This document shows positions 21,681 to 30,942 of a stretch of DNA of 33,880 nt, in pieces. This stretch comes from Vannella sp. Lineage: Eukaryota. The position numbers were made by a program, and so were the translations under genes. Position 1 is the first letter of the stretch; every line of letters begins with the position of its first letter. Where the stretch lies: positions 1 through 33,880 of the forward strand of contig JAJQQN010001314.1 in the NCBI GenBank assembly GCA_023345925.1. Reading direction: 5' to 3'. The notes below the pieces were generated by a model, which was given only the letters and a program-made list of their open reading frames with translations, was not told where the DNA came from and did no database searches.

Positions 21681-24027
21681 ATGAGGGCGGTCTTGGTGGG
21701 GGTGGTGGCGCTTCTCTTGTTGGTGTTGGTGGCTGAGGGGACGTTGGCTGTGAAGGAGTTGCTGCGGAAGAACCCGGAGGAGGATATCTTCCCTCTTCTG
21801 GGGCTGGATGACTTGGATGTGTGGGCGAATGGGTTTGATCTTTCCCTGGCGGAGCGGGCGATCCAGCTCCTGGATCCTCTGGATGAAGTCGTTCAGATAC
21901 ATCTGGTCCTTGCTGGTTTGGACTCTCTCTCTATCTCTCCTGTAAGCAGCTACACTGGCACCACTAATGGACTGTAACAAACCAAACAGGAAGCCCTCTC
22001 CCGCTATCTGACGAAGCTCCAGCACACAATCCCAGTTCATGTTGTCCGAGAACAGAAGCTGACGGAGAGACAAGCTGAAGACCAGTTCCACTTTGAAGAG
22101 GACTTTGATCTCAATCAGGTCAATCGCCTTCAGGATGATCGCGAGGACTTTCGAACAGGAGGGACTGGCCGCATACTAGTAGATAGAATTGTGCACTATC
22201 GAGCTGTCTCCTCCTCAGAGAAGCTGGGGGACGACTTTGATAGTCTTCTGGCGTCCCAATTAGCTCTGACTCCCCCGACATTCTCGGGCTCAGCAGAGCT
22301 TATTCACACTATTCGCACTGCCCCGATAGACCAAATGGTAGAGAAAGACTATGAGAGACGTTCCAAGGCACTAGGATCATCCCCTGTGATCATTTATCTT
22401 CTCTTTTCGCGTCATAGTCTGGGGAAAGCGTATTCTTATTCACGGGAGCACTTGGACCCTTGCAAAACATCATTCAATATTGGAGAGGTACCTAACTCGC
22501 CATTTCTCATCTTAATCTTCTCATCCAGCGTTGCAGAAAAGATGGATGTGGATTGACATTGGCGCCGGTCCAGTCTCCTGGGGCCCTCGCTTCAGCGGGG
22601 AAGGCTTAGTGAACTCCCGTTTTATACCATATGCGGGAAACTATGTCAATTCTACTTTAGAAATACCTGCTGATCAACAACGCCAACTAATGATTGACTT
22701 GGCCTCCTGGGTGCGCCGTTCTGTTGAGTTAGTTGTTTGCCCAGCGGTAGACCACTTGCCATTCCTACTATCTCCTTCCAGAGATCCAGATCATATCCAT
22801 ATCCAGCTCATTCGCATAACTGACAATTCACCAAACGAGAAAAGTGAGAATATTGTTTCTGCAATTCTTCTCCGAATGATTCGAGATTCGGTATGACACT
22901 CCTTAATATAGGATCCTATGCGGTACCAACTAACACTCTCTAGTTGGACCACTTCTTTGACTTGCCACTGGAAATAACCTTTGACAAAACAGACGTTCTC
23001 TTGCACGAAAATCTGAACGCAGCCACAGTCTTCTCCCAGAGTGTCCGGGAACATGTGTATTCAGATACTGAGGGGAACGGGACTATTTATCGCAAACAGC
23101 AATATCTAGACAGTGACGCTCTTCATTTCTGGCTTAACAAACTGAAAGGGAGCTTTTATTCAATTCCTGAACACACTCAAGTTCTTCCCATCTTCCTCTT
23201 TGACTTTGGTGAGATGGACATGATGCTTATAGACCAAAAGCTCCCTGTGAAGTCCTTCCCTGAGATGGTAATAGCCGTCCAGACAAAGGACCCATACATC
23301 CGGATTCCCTTCCAATGCAATGACAAACCCCTCACTCTTGATGGATTGGATGTCCCCCGCAGAGTTACAGGAGCTGTATTACAAAGCCTGCTGGGTGTGC
23401 TACCCACTGGAGAATTCTGGAGTGAGTCTCATCAACGGTTGGAAGAGGATTGGATGTGGAACGTTGCAAACACTCCGTTTGGAGTCTTCAATAACGCCAA
23501 AGAATGGTCTTTTTCCCAATACGATGGAGGGTATCGCCCCCACCTTTACCAACTCATCAATCAAACCATAACGCACACCTTAGAACCGCTCATTCACCTC
23601 CTTTCCTATCACTACGAGATCCACCACCTCGTGAACGAAGAGGACTTTATCGAGTTCGTGGTCCGATGGAACCTTTTCCAGTACAAGCTGAGGGAATGTA
23701 TGGAGCAAATGTCGCTTCATCAGTGGAGAGAAGCTTATCGCTTTGTTCGCTCCGCTTACCATGACTCTGAACGGCTTTTGAAGATCATTCTCCACGCCCG
23801 CCAGCAGATTTCCTTCTTCTTGCAGTGTGAGCACGTACGTGTCCTTCCCCGTTTGACTTGTGTGTCCTCCTCACACTGTCCAGACCCCCAAGCCCCACGG
23901 TTGGCCCTCAGCTGTCGGATACTTGATCATCCCAGTTGTGTGCGTGTTGATGGCGCTGGGAGTGATCAGTCGCTTTGGCCTGCCAAGGAGGAAGCAAACA
24001 GCTTCTCGTTCAAAGAAATACGATTGA
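21681..24027 (+). CDS. Type I membrane protein with signal peptide and C-terminal KKxx motif; resembles the uncharacterised plant At3g28720-like family
   Basis: Signal peptide MRAVLVGVVALLLLVLVAEG. Conserved-looking WIDIGAGPVSWGPRFSGEG, MVIAVQT, WNVANTPFGVF. After intron 23836-23883 a TM helix and tail ...RSKKYD-stop. Family resemblance is from memory. Confidence 0.75.
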
Positions 24028-24144
24028 TTGATTCACTCCCCAAGTCGATCGAGAGGGACTGCGTTCACTTGGAGGGTGTATTTGAGTGGAACGAAACAAG
24101 CTTGTGTACAACTCGTGGTGCTTGGTCCGTCAGGGGTGGAAGCT

Positions 24145-25330
24145 TTACTCCTTTTTGGCAACAGGCTTTTCAACGGGGTTGATTCCTCCGATCAGAGCGA
24201 GGTGGTGGGTGATCGTCACCACGTCGTCAACAAGGTGAGGGAACAGGCCGGTTGTGTGATCCATGTCGGCGTCAGGGGCAACCATGTTTCCGTAGATGAA
24301 CTGAGAGATTGCTGCGCGATCGGCTTGAACCACATTGGTTTGGGCCAGGTACTCCTCGTAGGGCTCTGTGACGGCAAGGGTCTCCTTTTGCTTGACCTCG
24401 ATGTCGTTCTCCTGGTAGAGTGCCAACATCTCAGAAGGGGTCATGAAGAAGACATGAGAAGCGTCACGAGTGCCTTCAATGAACTCCATGCGAAGAACGG
24501 TGGCTTCGTCCAAGTCTCCAGGAATGATTCGGTCAAGCAGAGCGATGTAACCTCCAGCTGCAGCAAGAGTGAGCATGATGTGGTTCTTTCAATGGCAGGG
24601 TCTTACGTTTGCACACGCGTCTCATCTCGTGGAGAACCTCAATGCGATGGTGGATGTGGTTGAAAGAGAGTCGGGAAAAGACAATGTCAAAGCTGCTGTC
24701 CTCGAAAGGAAGCTCAGATGACTCAGCACGAACGAACTCAATGTTATCGATGGGCTTGTTCTTGGCGAACTCCAACAGATGACGGGAGAGGTCAGAGCCA
24801 ACCACCTTCTTCACCTGAGGGGCGATGTGTCGGCTATAAAAATCAACAAAATCGTTAGAACAAGTTCCTCGGAACTCTATCAATCCCCTCCGCACCTCAC
24901 GATTCCTGTTCCACAGTTCATGTCAAGGACTACGGAGTCGGGCTTGAGGGGAAGCTGTTCCAAAAACCAGCGGATTTGAGCGGTGGTATTGAGCTTAGAA
25001 CTCTCCAGCTTGGGTGCCTGCTTTCGGAACATGGCCTGAACTACACCAAAGTGGTTGCTGCACGGTTCCCAAGTTAGGGTGGTTAGCTTTAAAGATGGAG
25101 AGACATACGACTCGTATCCGTTAGAGCAAGGGAAAGACTTGGATAAGGTCCTCTGCGCGCCTATCAGTTCCGTAACCTCTACACGCAACGACTGCATGTT
25201 GCCCCTCCATCCCCCAAACCCCGAAACATACGTAATCCAAGAAGGAGTTGAAGTCGAAAGAATCGCAGAAGGCACGGAAGGGAAGAACAGCCTCCTTGAC
25301 TGGAAGCGGAACCTTGGCGAGGGACGGCAT
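24145..25330 (-). CDS. Class I SAM-dependent methyltransferase (type 11/UbiE-like)
   Basis: Motif I VLDMNCGTG, post-I GSDLS, motif II LPFEDSSFDIV, EVLHEMRRVCK..GGYIALLD. About 4 short introns, including 25192-25231 and 25058-25108. Confidence 0.82.
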
Positions 25331-25426
25331 CGCTGCTGGCTCAGAGAAAGATGCTTCAAACCCTCCAAATTCTATTCTAATGAACCGGGATTGGAATAAA
25401 TCATCGCTTTAAGGTACAAATTAGTG

Positions 25427-26323
25427 TCAAAGAATGCAGCACGTCTTTCTTCTGCGTGGTCCGACGGGATCAGAGGTTGGCTCCGGGAAATTTCTGGGGA
25501 GAGTTAACGGATGGAGCAGAGATGTTGTGAGATGGTTACTGACATAAAGAGGTCTTCGATGATCCTATTCAGGAGTTCCTCACACCCTTCACCAGTCTTG
25601 GCACTCACTTCAAAGTAAGGGACATCCTTTTTCTCAGCCTTGCTCTGCAGCCAGATGATCAGCGTGGTCAAGGATGTGTCATGGTAGCTTACTTTCCCCA
25701 CAGCTGTTGTAATCTGTCCCTCTCCTTTCTCTTCTGCCAAGTCCATCTTGTTGGCCACCAAATACTTCAACGAGCGTTCAGAGTACCGAGCGCCCTCGTC
25801 CAAGAACTCTTCTATCAGTTCGAAGGATTCAGGATTGGCGATGTCATAGACAACAAGGAGGACGTGGGCGCTGCGGTAGTAACTGGTCGTTAGTGTCCGG
25901 AACCTCTCCTGGCCCGCTGTGTCTCTCTGCGTTTCATCAGCACGAGTGCTGTTGATAGAGAGAGAGAAAGTGATCTCGTACTGAAGTAAGCAACGCTTCT
26001 CGCTTATCGTTGGAGATTTGAAGGACTGTCTGGAGGAGTGGTGAGGGGCGAGATTTCGCTTGATAGAAGTCTGTGCTTACGTCTTTGGCTTCACCTATGG
26101 CCTCCTCCACGAAGGTTTGTTTCTACTTGAGTCAAAATCGGAGTGGCCACCTTCAACAAAGAGAAGGACTCAACGTACCATCAGCCGGTAGAGAAGGGAA
26201 GTCTTCCCCACTTCAATGTTGCCGAGCATAATCAGCTTGAACCTCTGCAGCTCATTTCTATCCACAGATCAGACACAGCTTCCTCCCACCCAGCAAGTGG
26301 ACAGCTCACGCAGACTCTTCCAT
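25427..26323 (-). CDS. Rab-family small GTPase (divergent), multi-exon, C-terminal CCIL
   Basis: Spliced MEESANELQRFKLIMLGNIEVGKTSLL (G1), DTAGQERFRTLTTSYYRSA (G3, RabF3/4), VANKMD (G4), EVSAKTG (G5), tail RRRKTCCIL-stop. One internal junction is ambiguous. Confidence 0.88.
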
Positions 26324-26418
26324 CCGGCTTCAGTCCGAAGACGCCCAAATATGGTCGTACTCACTCCTTACGCCAATTTCCAAGTGTGTAGGACGATGTA
26401 TCTGATGCTTATTTTATT

Positions 26419-26798
26419 ATGGACGTGGAGGAGAAGCGAGGGCAAGAGTTTGCGAAGAAGGGTAAATGGAGCCACTCTTGGTGGTTTGCTGGATCTGACG
26501 TCTGGGAGTGAGGGAGATGATGTACGGCTTTGGAGATGTGAAGGATCCACAGCCTGAGTCAGTGGAGCTGATGGCCTCCATGGCGCAAGAGTACATCTGC
26601 GAGATCTCACGTCTTTGTGCGCGCATCTCAGGCCCGACGATTAAGGATACGGAAATCCTCTTCGTCGTTCGGAGGAACCGAAAGCAGTATAACAGAGGCC
26701 GCCAACTGAAGGCGAAGAACGCCATCATCAAAAAGGCTAAGGCCCTCGCCAACGAGGAGCCTAACAAAGCGGATCTCTTGTCCATGGAGGGCATGTAG
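26419..26798 (+). CDS. TAF13: TFIID subunit TAF13 (histone-fold)
   Basis: MMYGFGDVKDPQPESVELM and ILFVVRRNRKQYNR match the TAF13/Spt3 fold; size ~110 aa fits TAF13. One intron 26462-26508. Confidence 0.85.
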
Positions 26799-26884
26799 AG
26801 ACAGACCCACCTTCACCAACACGAAAGCTACGACTAAACATCACACAGCTCGGTTCTCTGGGCCCACTGGAGAGGTCCATTTGC

Positions 26885-29779
26885 ATGCGCCCAGTCGATG
26901 GACTACACGCCTTACACCTTCTTGGCGGGATAGAAGGGGGAGAGAAGCCTTCCACTGCCCTAGTAGATGTTTGCAAGTACTTGGTACATGCTCCTGAGTG
27001 GGAAGAGTCGGGCTGGAGGGAGAACTTGTCGCTATGGTGGCCGACCGGCTGGACTGAGGACAAGTTCTCTCCTTCCTTTCCTCACGCGTTTCTGTTCGTT
27101 CTGGGACACACTGATCGACCGGAAGAAGTGTTCTATTCTCTGTACCGGTCTTCGGAAGGGGTAACAGGTCTGGCTCGGGTTCTGCTCCACTCTTTGAGGG
27201 CATCTGAAGTGTTAGGAGCCACTTTGAGTGTCTTTTGGTCTCTTTGTACATCTACAGAGAGTCAAGTGTACCATTGCTCGATGCTTGCATCTCAGGAGTG
27301 CTTCTTTATGTCCCTTAGCCGCGCTTGCATGTCTTTAATGGAAGAGGGACTGGCTCTAGGGCGGTTTTCACTTGCTGATGCAGAGTACCTCGAGTCTGTC
27401 CTGTACCAATGGAAGGAGAAATGCAGTGAAGACATCATTCAGGCCAACAAGTCCCTCTTCCTGTCCCAATTGGTGTGGGAAGATTGGATTCGAGACCGTT
27501 TAGACCTCAGCAGTACACCTTCTAGTAACAGCATCAATCAGATATCCATCAGACATCCCCACCTTTACATTGGATGGGAGTTAAAGGTGTTACAAAGGCT
27601 CATTGAGACTGTTCCAGGATGGAGAATGTGGATTCTGGGACTCCCGACTTCTCTCAAACTCTACTACCTAGAGCAAGCCAATCATCAAGACACCACCTTC
27701 AAAGAGGTTTTGAGTTCGGTGGTATCATTGTCGGAGGCCCTGGAATTGGAGAATCACATCCAGAACCATCAGAGGATGTTTCAGGAAGTTTTAATTTCCT
27801 TCCAAAGGGCCAGTCCATTGGGGAATGGTTGCAGCAGTATCATTAGCATTATTTCAACAAGTTTCCCTTCCTCTAAAGCGCTTCGAAAGGCGGATGGAGT
27901 GGAGGAGTATCTGTTATTGTCCAAGATACTTTCCGTTCCAAGCGGCCGCACTCTGTTTCCATCCGCACAAAGATCATTGAAGGATACAAATGCGCTTCTC
28001 AGCGACATGGAGCCAATTACAGCTGGTCTCACTGAAAGTTCTCTGCTCCTTCTGGGCCCAGAGGACTTTGCAGCTTCCTGGTTGTATTTATCGTCCCTTG
28101 GACTCACTGACTCTAAGATTGGGAAGTTCATGCATCAGGGATACATTCCTTCTCATTCAGAGCCCTTAGTAAGCCAGATGTCTCGAGTTATCTCTTCATT
28201 AGTGGACTTAATCGAGAGTGGAGAAGGCTCTCTGTTTCACCATGCTGCTCTCCGTGCCTTCTCTAGCACCCAGAAGGGGATGCTGTCTCGCTTTGGAGCA
28301 GAAGGTGCCCTTCCATTGAGCCTCAAAGGAGGCGCCATTTGCTTGCAATCCTTGGAACACTCCCCGCACTCCGTTCACTTCCTGGTGGCTTCTTTTGACG
28401 CCCTATGCTACACCACACTCTGGTGCTTAAGAGAAGGGCGTGGTGATCCAGGGGATGTGGGCCCGATTCTCCTAGTTTGTGCAGATTTACCGGATTCCTT
28501 CTTGGAGCATCTCCATTCTGAAAGCAACCCATACCTCCAGAGAGTCACTGAGGACCTGTTAGTGATAGGACTCTTGTTCCTCCAAACGCTGCCAGGAGCT
28601 GATGAGAGAGTTATCCAAATGACTTCCGGTCCCATTCAATTCCCAATACTGTGTGGAGGGCTGGATGAAGCTTCACAGATGACGAGACATCACTTTAACA
28701 CGTGGAGGTATCTATTAGGGGTGATAAGAGGCTCTGGCTTTCGAGAGGAAGTGCTTCTGTTGATAGCCAACATTGTTTCCGAGTTTGGAGCTTTCCAAGA
28801 CGTTCTCTTCCTTTCCCATGTCAGCCACAGTGATCTAACTTCTCTTTTAGAGGGAAGCAAAGGCCAACATGAGATGGGGCCAGCCTTCTGTGGGATGAGG
28901 GACTTTGTCGTGTGCATTCTCCAGATATTGGCCAATTCGTCTCATTCTGAGACTGCCAAGGCTAATGTGGATCAAAAGAGGTGTATTCGGATCATCGGAG
29001 AGTTGCTCTATCTCACTTTCCCTCTGCCAGTGCTCCTACAGCTGGACATGGTCCCCACACTCTTATCTTATTTGCCTCCACATCGGGGCCGGGAGGATGG
29101 AGCTCGCCAGAACGCTTCTATATGCATTGCTACTCTGTTTACTTCGATACTGCAGGATGCTCCAGGTAGTCTGAGAACGAATGAAGACGAAGAACGGTTC
29201 AGGTTGGCCATGAAAAGGCGTCTTCTTCGCAGTTGCGCTTCTCATCGAGCTGCTGCCATCCTCATTCATCAAGGAGTGAACCAGCAGTGCTCTTGCAGTA
29301 TTCAGCTTACTTCTCATTGCTTAGAAGCTCTTCAGTCTCTTTGTGGACCCCTCACCGATGAGATCGCGTTGGGCTTTCAACATTCTTTGCTCTTGCAGAT
29401 TGCTGACAAGAGTACAGGCTTACTGCCTGTTCTGTTAGTCAGGAGCTTCTCGTTTGCAAGCTTGTTCACTCCTGAAGCAGAGCCCGGAGGCTTCCTGTTG
29501 ATCATAGTTTGGGCTTTGGTGGAGAAGGATCTCGTTTCTCCCTCCAACTTGTTGAACGTCCTTGATCGACTCTTAAGCATGGATCCTGTCGCGCTTTATG
29601 CTGCTCTGCCATCTTTAACAGGTCTATTGAAGAGGATCATCGACTCGCCCACTCTTCGAACAGCTTTGAAGATCAAGAACGTTCACCAGAAGATGTTTGT
29701 CGTGGCGCAGGGGCTTCCCCGCACTCTCTTATCACAGAGAGAAGTGTTACTCCAGTTGGGACGAAGGATCGCGTCATAA
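26885..29779 (+). CDS. Large intronless Leu-rich alpha-helical hypothetical protein (964 aa)
   Basis: Uninterrupted 2.9-kb ORF with amphipathic-helix composition. No securely recognised motif. Confidence 0.75.
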   Translation: MRPVDGLHALHLLGGIEGGEKPSTALVDVCKYLVHAPEWEESGWRENLSLWWPTGWTEDKFSPSFPHAFLFVLGHTDRPEEVFYSLYRSSEGVTGLARVLLHSLRASEVLGATLSVFWSLCTSTESQVYHCSMLASQECFFMSLSRACMSLMEEGLALGRFSLADAEYLESVLYQWKEKCSEDIIQANKSLFLSQLVWEDWIRDRLDLSSTPSSNSINQISIRHPHLYIGWELKVLQRLIETVPGWRMWILGLPTSLKLYYLEQANHQDTTFKEVLSSVVSLSEALELENHIQNHQRMFQEVLISFQRASPLGNGCSSIISIISTSFPSSKALRKADGVEEYLLLSKILSVPSGRTLFPSAQRSLKDTNALLSDMEPITAGLTESSLLLLGPEDFAASWLYLSSLGLTDSKIGKFMHQGYIPSHSEPLVSQMSRVISSLVDLIESGEGSLFHHAALRAFSSTQKGMLSRFGAEGALPLSLKGGAICLQSLEHSPHSVHFLVASFDALCYTTLWCLREGRGDPGDVGPILLVCADLPDSFLEHLHSESNPYLQRVTEDLLVIGLLFLQTLPGADERVIQMTSGPIQFPILCGGLDEASQMTRHHFNTWRYLLGVIRGSGFREEVLLLIANIVSEFGAFQDVLFLSHVSHSDLTSLLEGSKGQHEMGPAFCGMRDFVVCILQILANSSHSETAKANVDQKRCIRIIGELLYLTFPLPVLLQLDMVPTLLSYLPPHRGREDGARQNASICIATLFTSILQDAPGSLRTNEDEERFRLAMKRRLLRSCASHRAAAILIHQGVNQQCSCSIQLTSHCLEALQSLCGPLTDEIALGFQHSLLLQIADKSTGLLPVLLVRSFSFASLFTPEAEPGGFLLIIVWALVEKDLVSPSNLLNVLDRLLSMDPVALYAALPSLTGLLKRIIDSPTLRTALKIKNVHQKMFVVAQGLPRTLLSQREVLLQLGRRIAS

Positions 29780-29893
29780 TAACGACTTGTATTTACATTA
29801 AGTGTCGCGGCATGGTCTGATCGTGATCACTTCGTTCTCTAGTTGTTTTGTGAGGACGAAGAACGAGGAAGAGAGAGGCAGGGAAGAAGAACA

Positions 29894-29998
29894 AAGACAT
29901 CAGAGACTTAAATACATCGTTGTGTTCATCCTTTCGCCTTCCCTGAGCTATTGCGGACTCAGGGCGCGATATGGGATCCTTGTCTCATCTTTTGTCTT
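29894..29998 (-). ncRNA. Candidate intronic box C/D snoRNA
   Basis: Minus strand: 6-bp terminal stem AAGACA/TGTCTT, box C-like AAGATGA, D' CTGA, C'-like AGGATGA, and box D CTGA directly before the 3' stem. It lies inside a 187-nt GT-AG intron (29839-30025). Confidence 0.6.
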
Positions 29999-30146
29999 AT
30001 GGGGAGTAGAGAAGGGTGTGCTCACCTGTCCAAGACCAAAGGACCAACAAAGAATGACGGAAATTTCCGCCCAACGCCCAAAACACCCAATTCCAAAAGA
30101 ACCTATTTTTTATTGATCGGATTTGAATCATTTATTAGGTGGTAGG

Positions 30147-30854
30147 ATGGAGGTGAGGGGGAATTGGTGTTTGGGAGACTTGTGCTGAGTTGAGGACAGT
30201 TTGGTGCGATGGACTGGGATGATTCGGCTCTGATTGCTGCGTATGACGAGGCGGTACGCTCTCATCAGGTAGGTGAGTGGTGAGAAGGTCTGGGTTTGAC
30301 GGTTTGAAGAATCCAGGACAGGGAGCGGCTTCAAAGAAGAGGAAACGGTATCACAACAAGCCAGCTAACCCTGCAGACAGCAGAGAAGAGCCTCCTAAGA
30401 AGACGCCTGCTTCTAGGGAGCAGCTTCGGTCCCAAACACCCTCGGAGGCTACCGGATACGGCACTGGGCAGCCTCAGGCCCCTTCATTTGACCCAAGTTG
30501 GCACGCAAATCAGCCGTACGGGAGTGCGAACCCGCACCACACCCATTATCCAACACACTATCCTGAACACACTCCCAATGGCCCGGGCCAGGCCCATCTG
30601 CACCCTTCTTACCAGGCTGGGACGTCTTTTCAATCCACTTATCCATCACAAATGGATGGGACGGGCTCTTATCCCCACCAGGCAGCGATTCCAGTGATGG
30701 GGGAGCAACCTGATATTGAATTGAGCAAAGTTTTGATGGCCTGGTACAATGCTGGCTACAGCACTGGCCGATATCAAGTGAGGAAACTTACTCACACATT
30801 GACAATGGTTACTGACGGGACCAGGCACTTCAGGAAATGGGCAAACGTGGATAG
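30147..30854 (+). CDS. SMN: Survival motor neuron protein (Gemin2-binding helix + YG box, no Tudor domain)
   Basis: Spliced exon gives WDDSALIAAYDEAV (SMN Gemin2-binding motif); C-terminal LSKVLMAWYNAGYSTGRYQA (YG box). Introns 30153-30199, 30269-30321 and 30778-30824. Confidence 0.9.
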
Positions 30855-30942
30855 GTGACGGCCTCAACATGAATACTTCATTAATGACTTGAATATGATA
30901 AGGAGGGAAGTTTGTGAACGAGTGCAATGAATCTCTCTTTGG

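Noticed and set aside
29780..30030. U3 snoRNA-like reading on the plus strand (GAGGAAGA, CCTGAGC) and the 104-aa plus-strand ORF
   Set aside because: No plus-strand box C/D or proper box A. The purine run is better explained as the pyrimidine tract of the minus-strand intron, and the ORF starts at GTG, not ATG.
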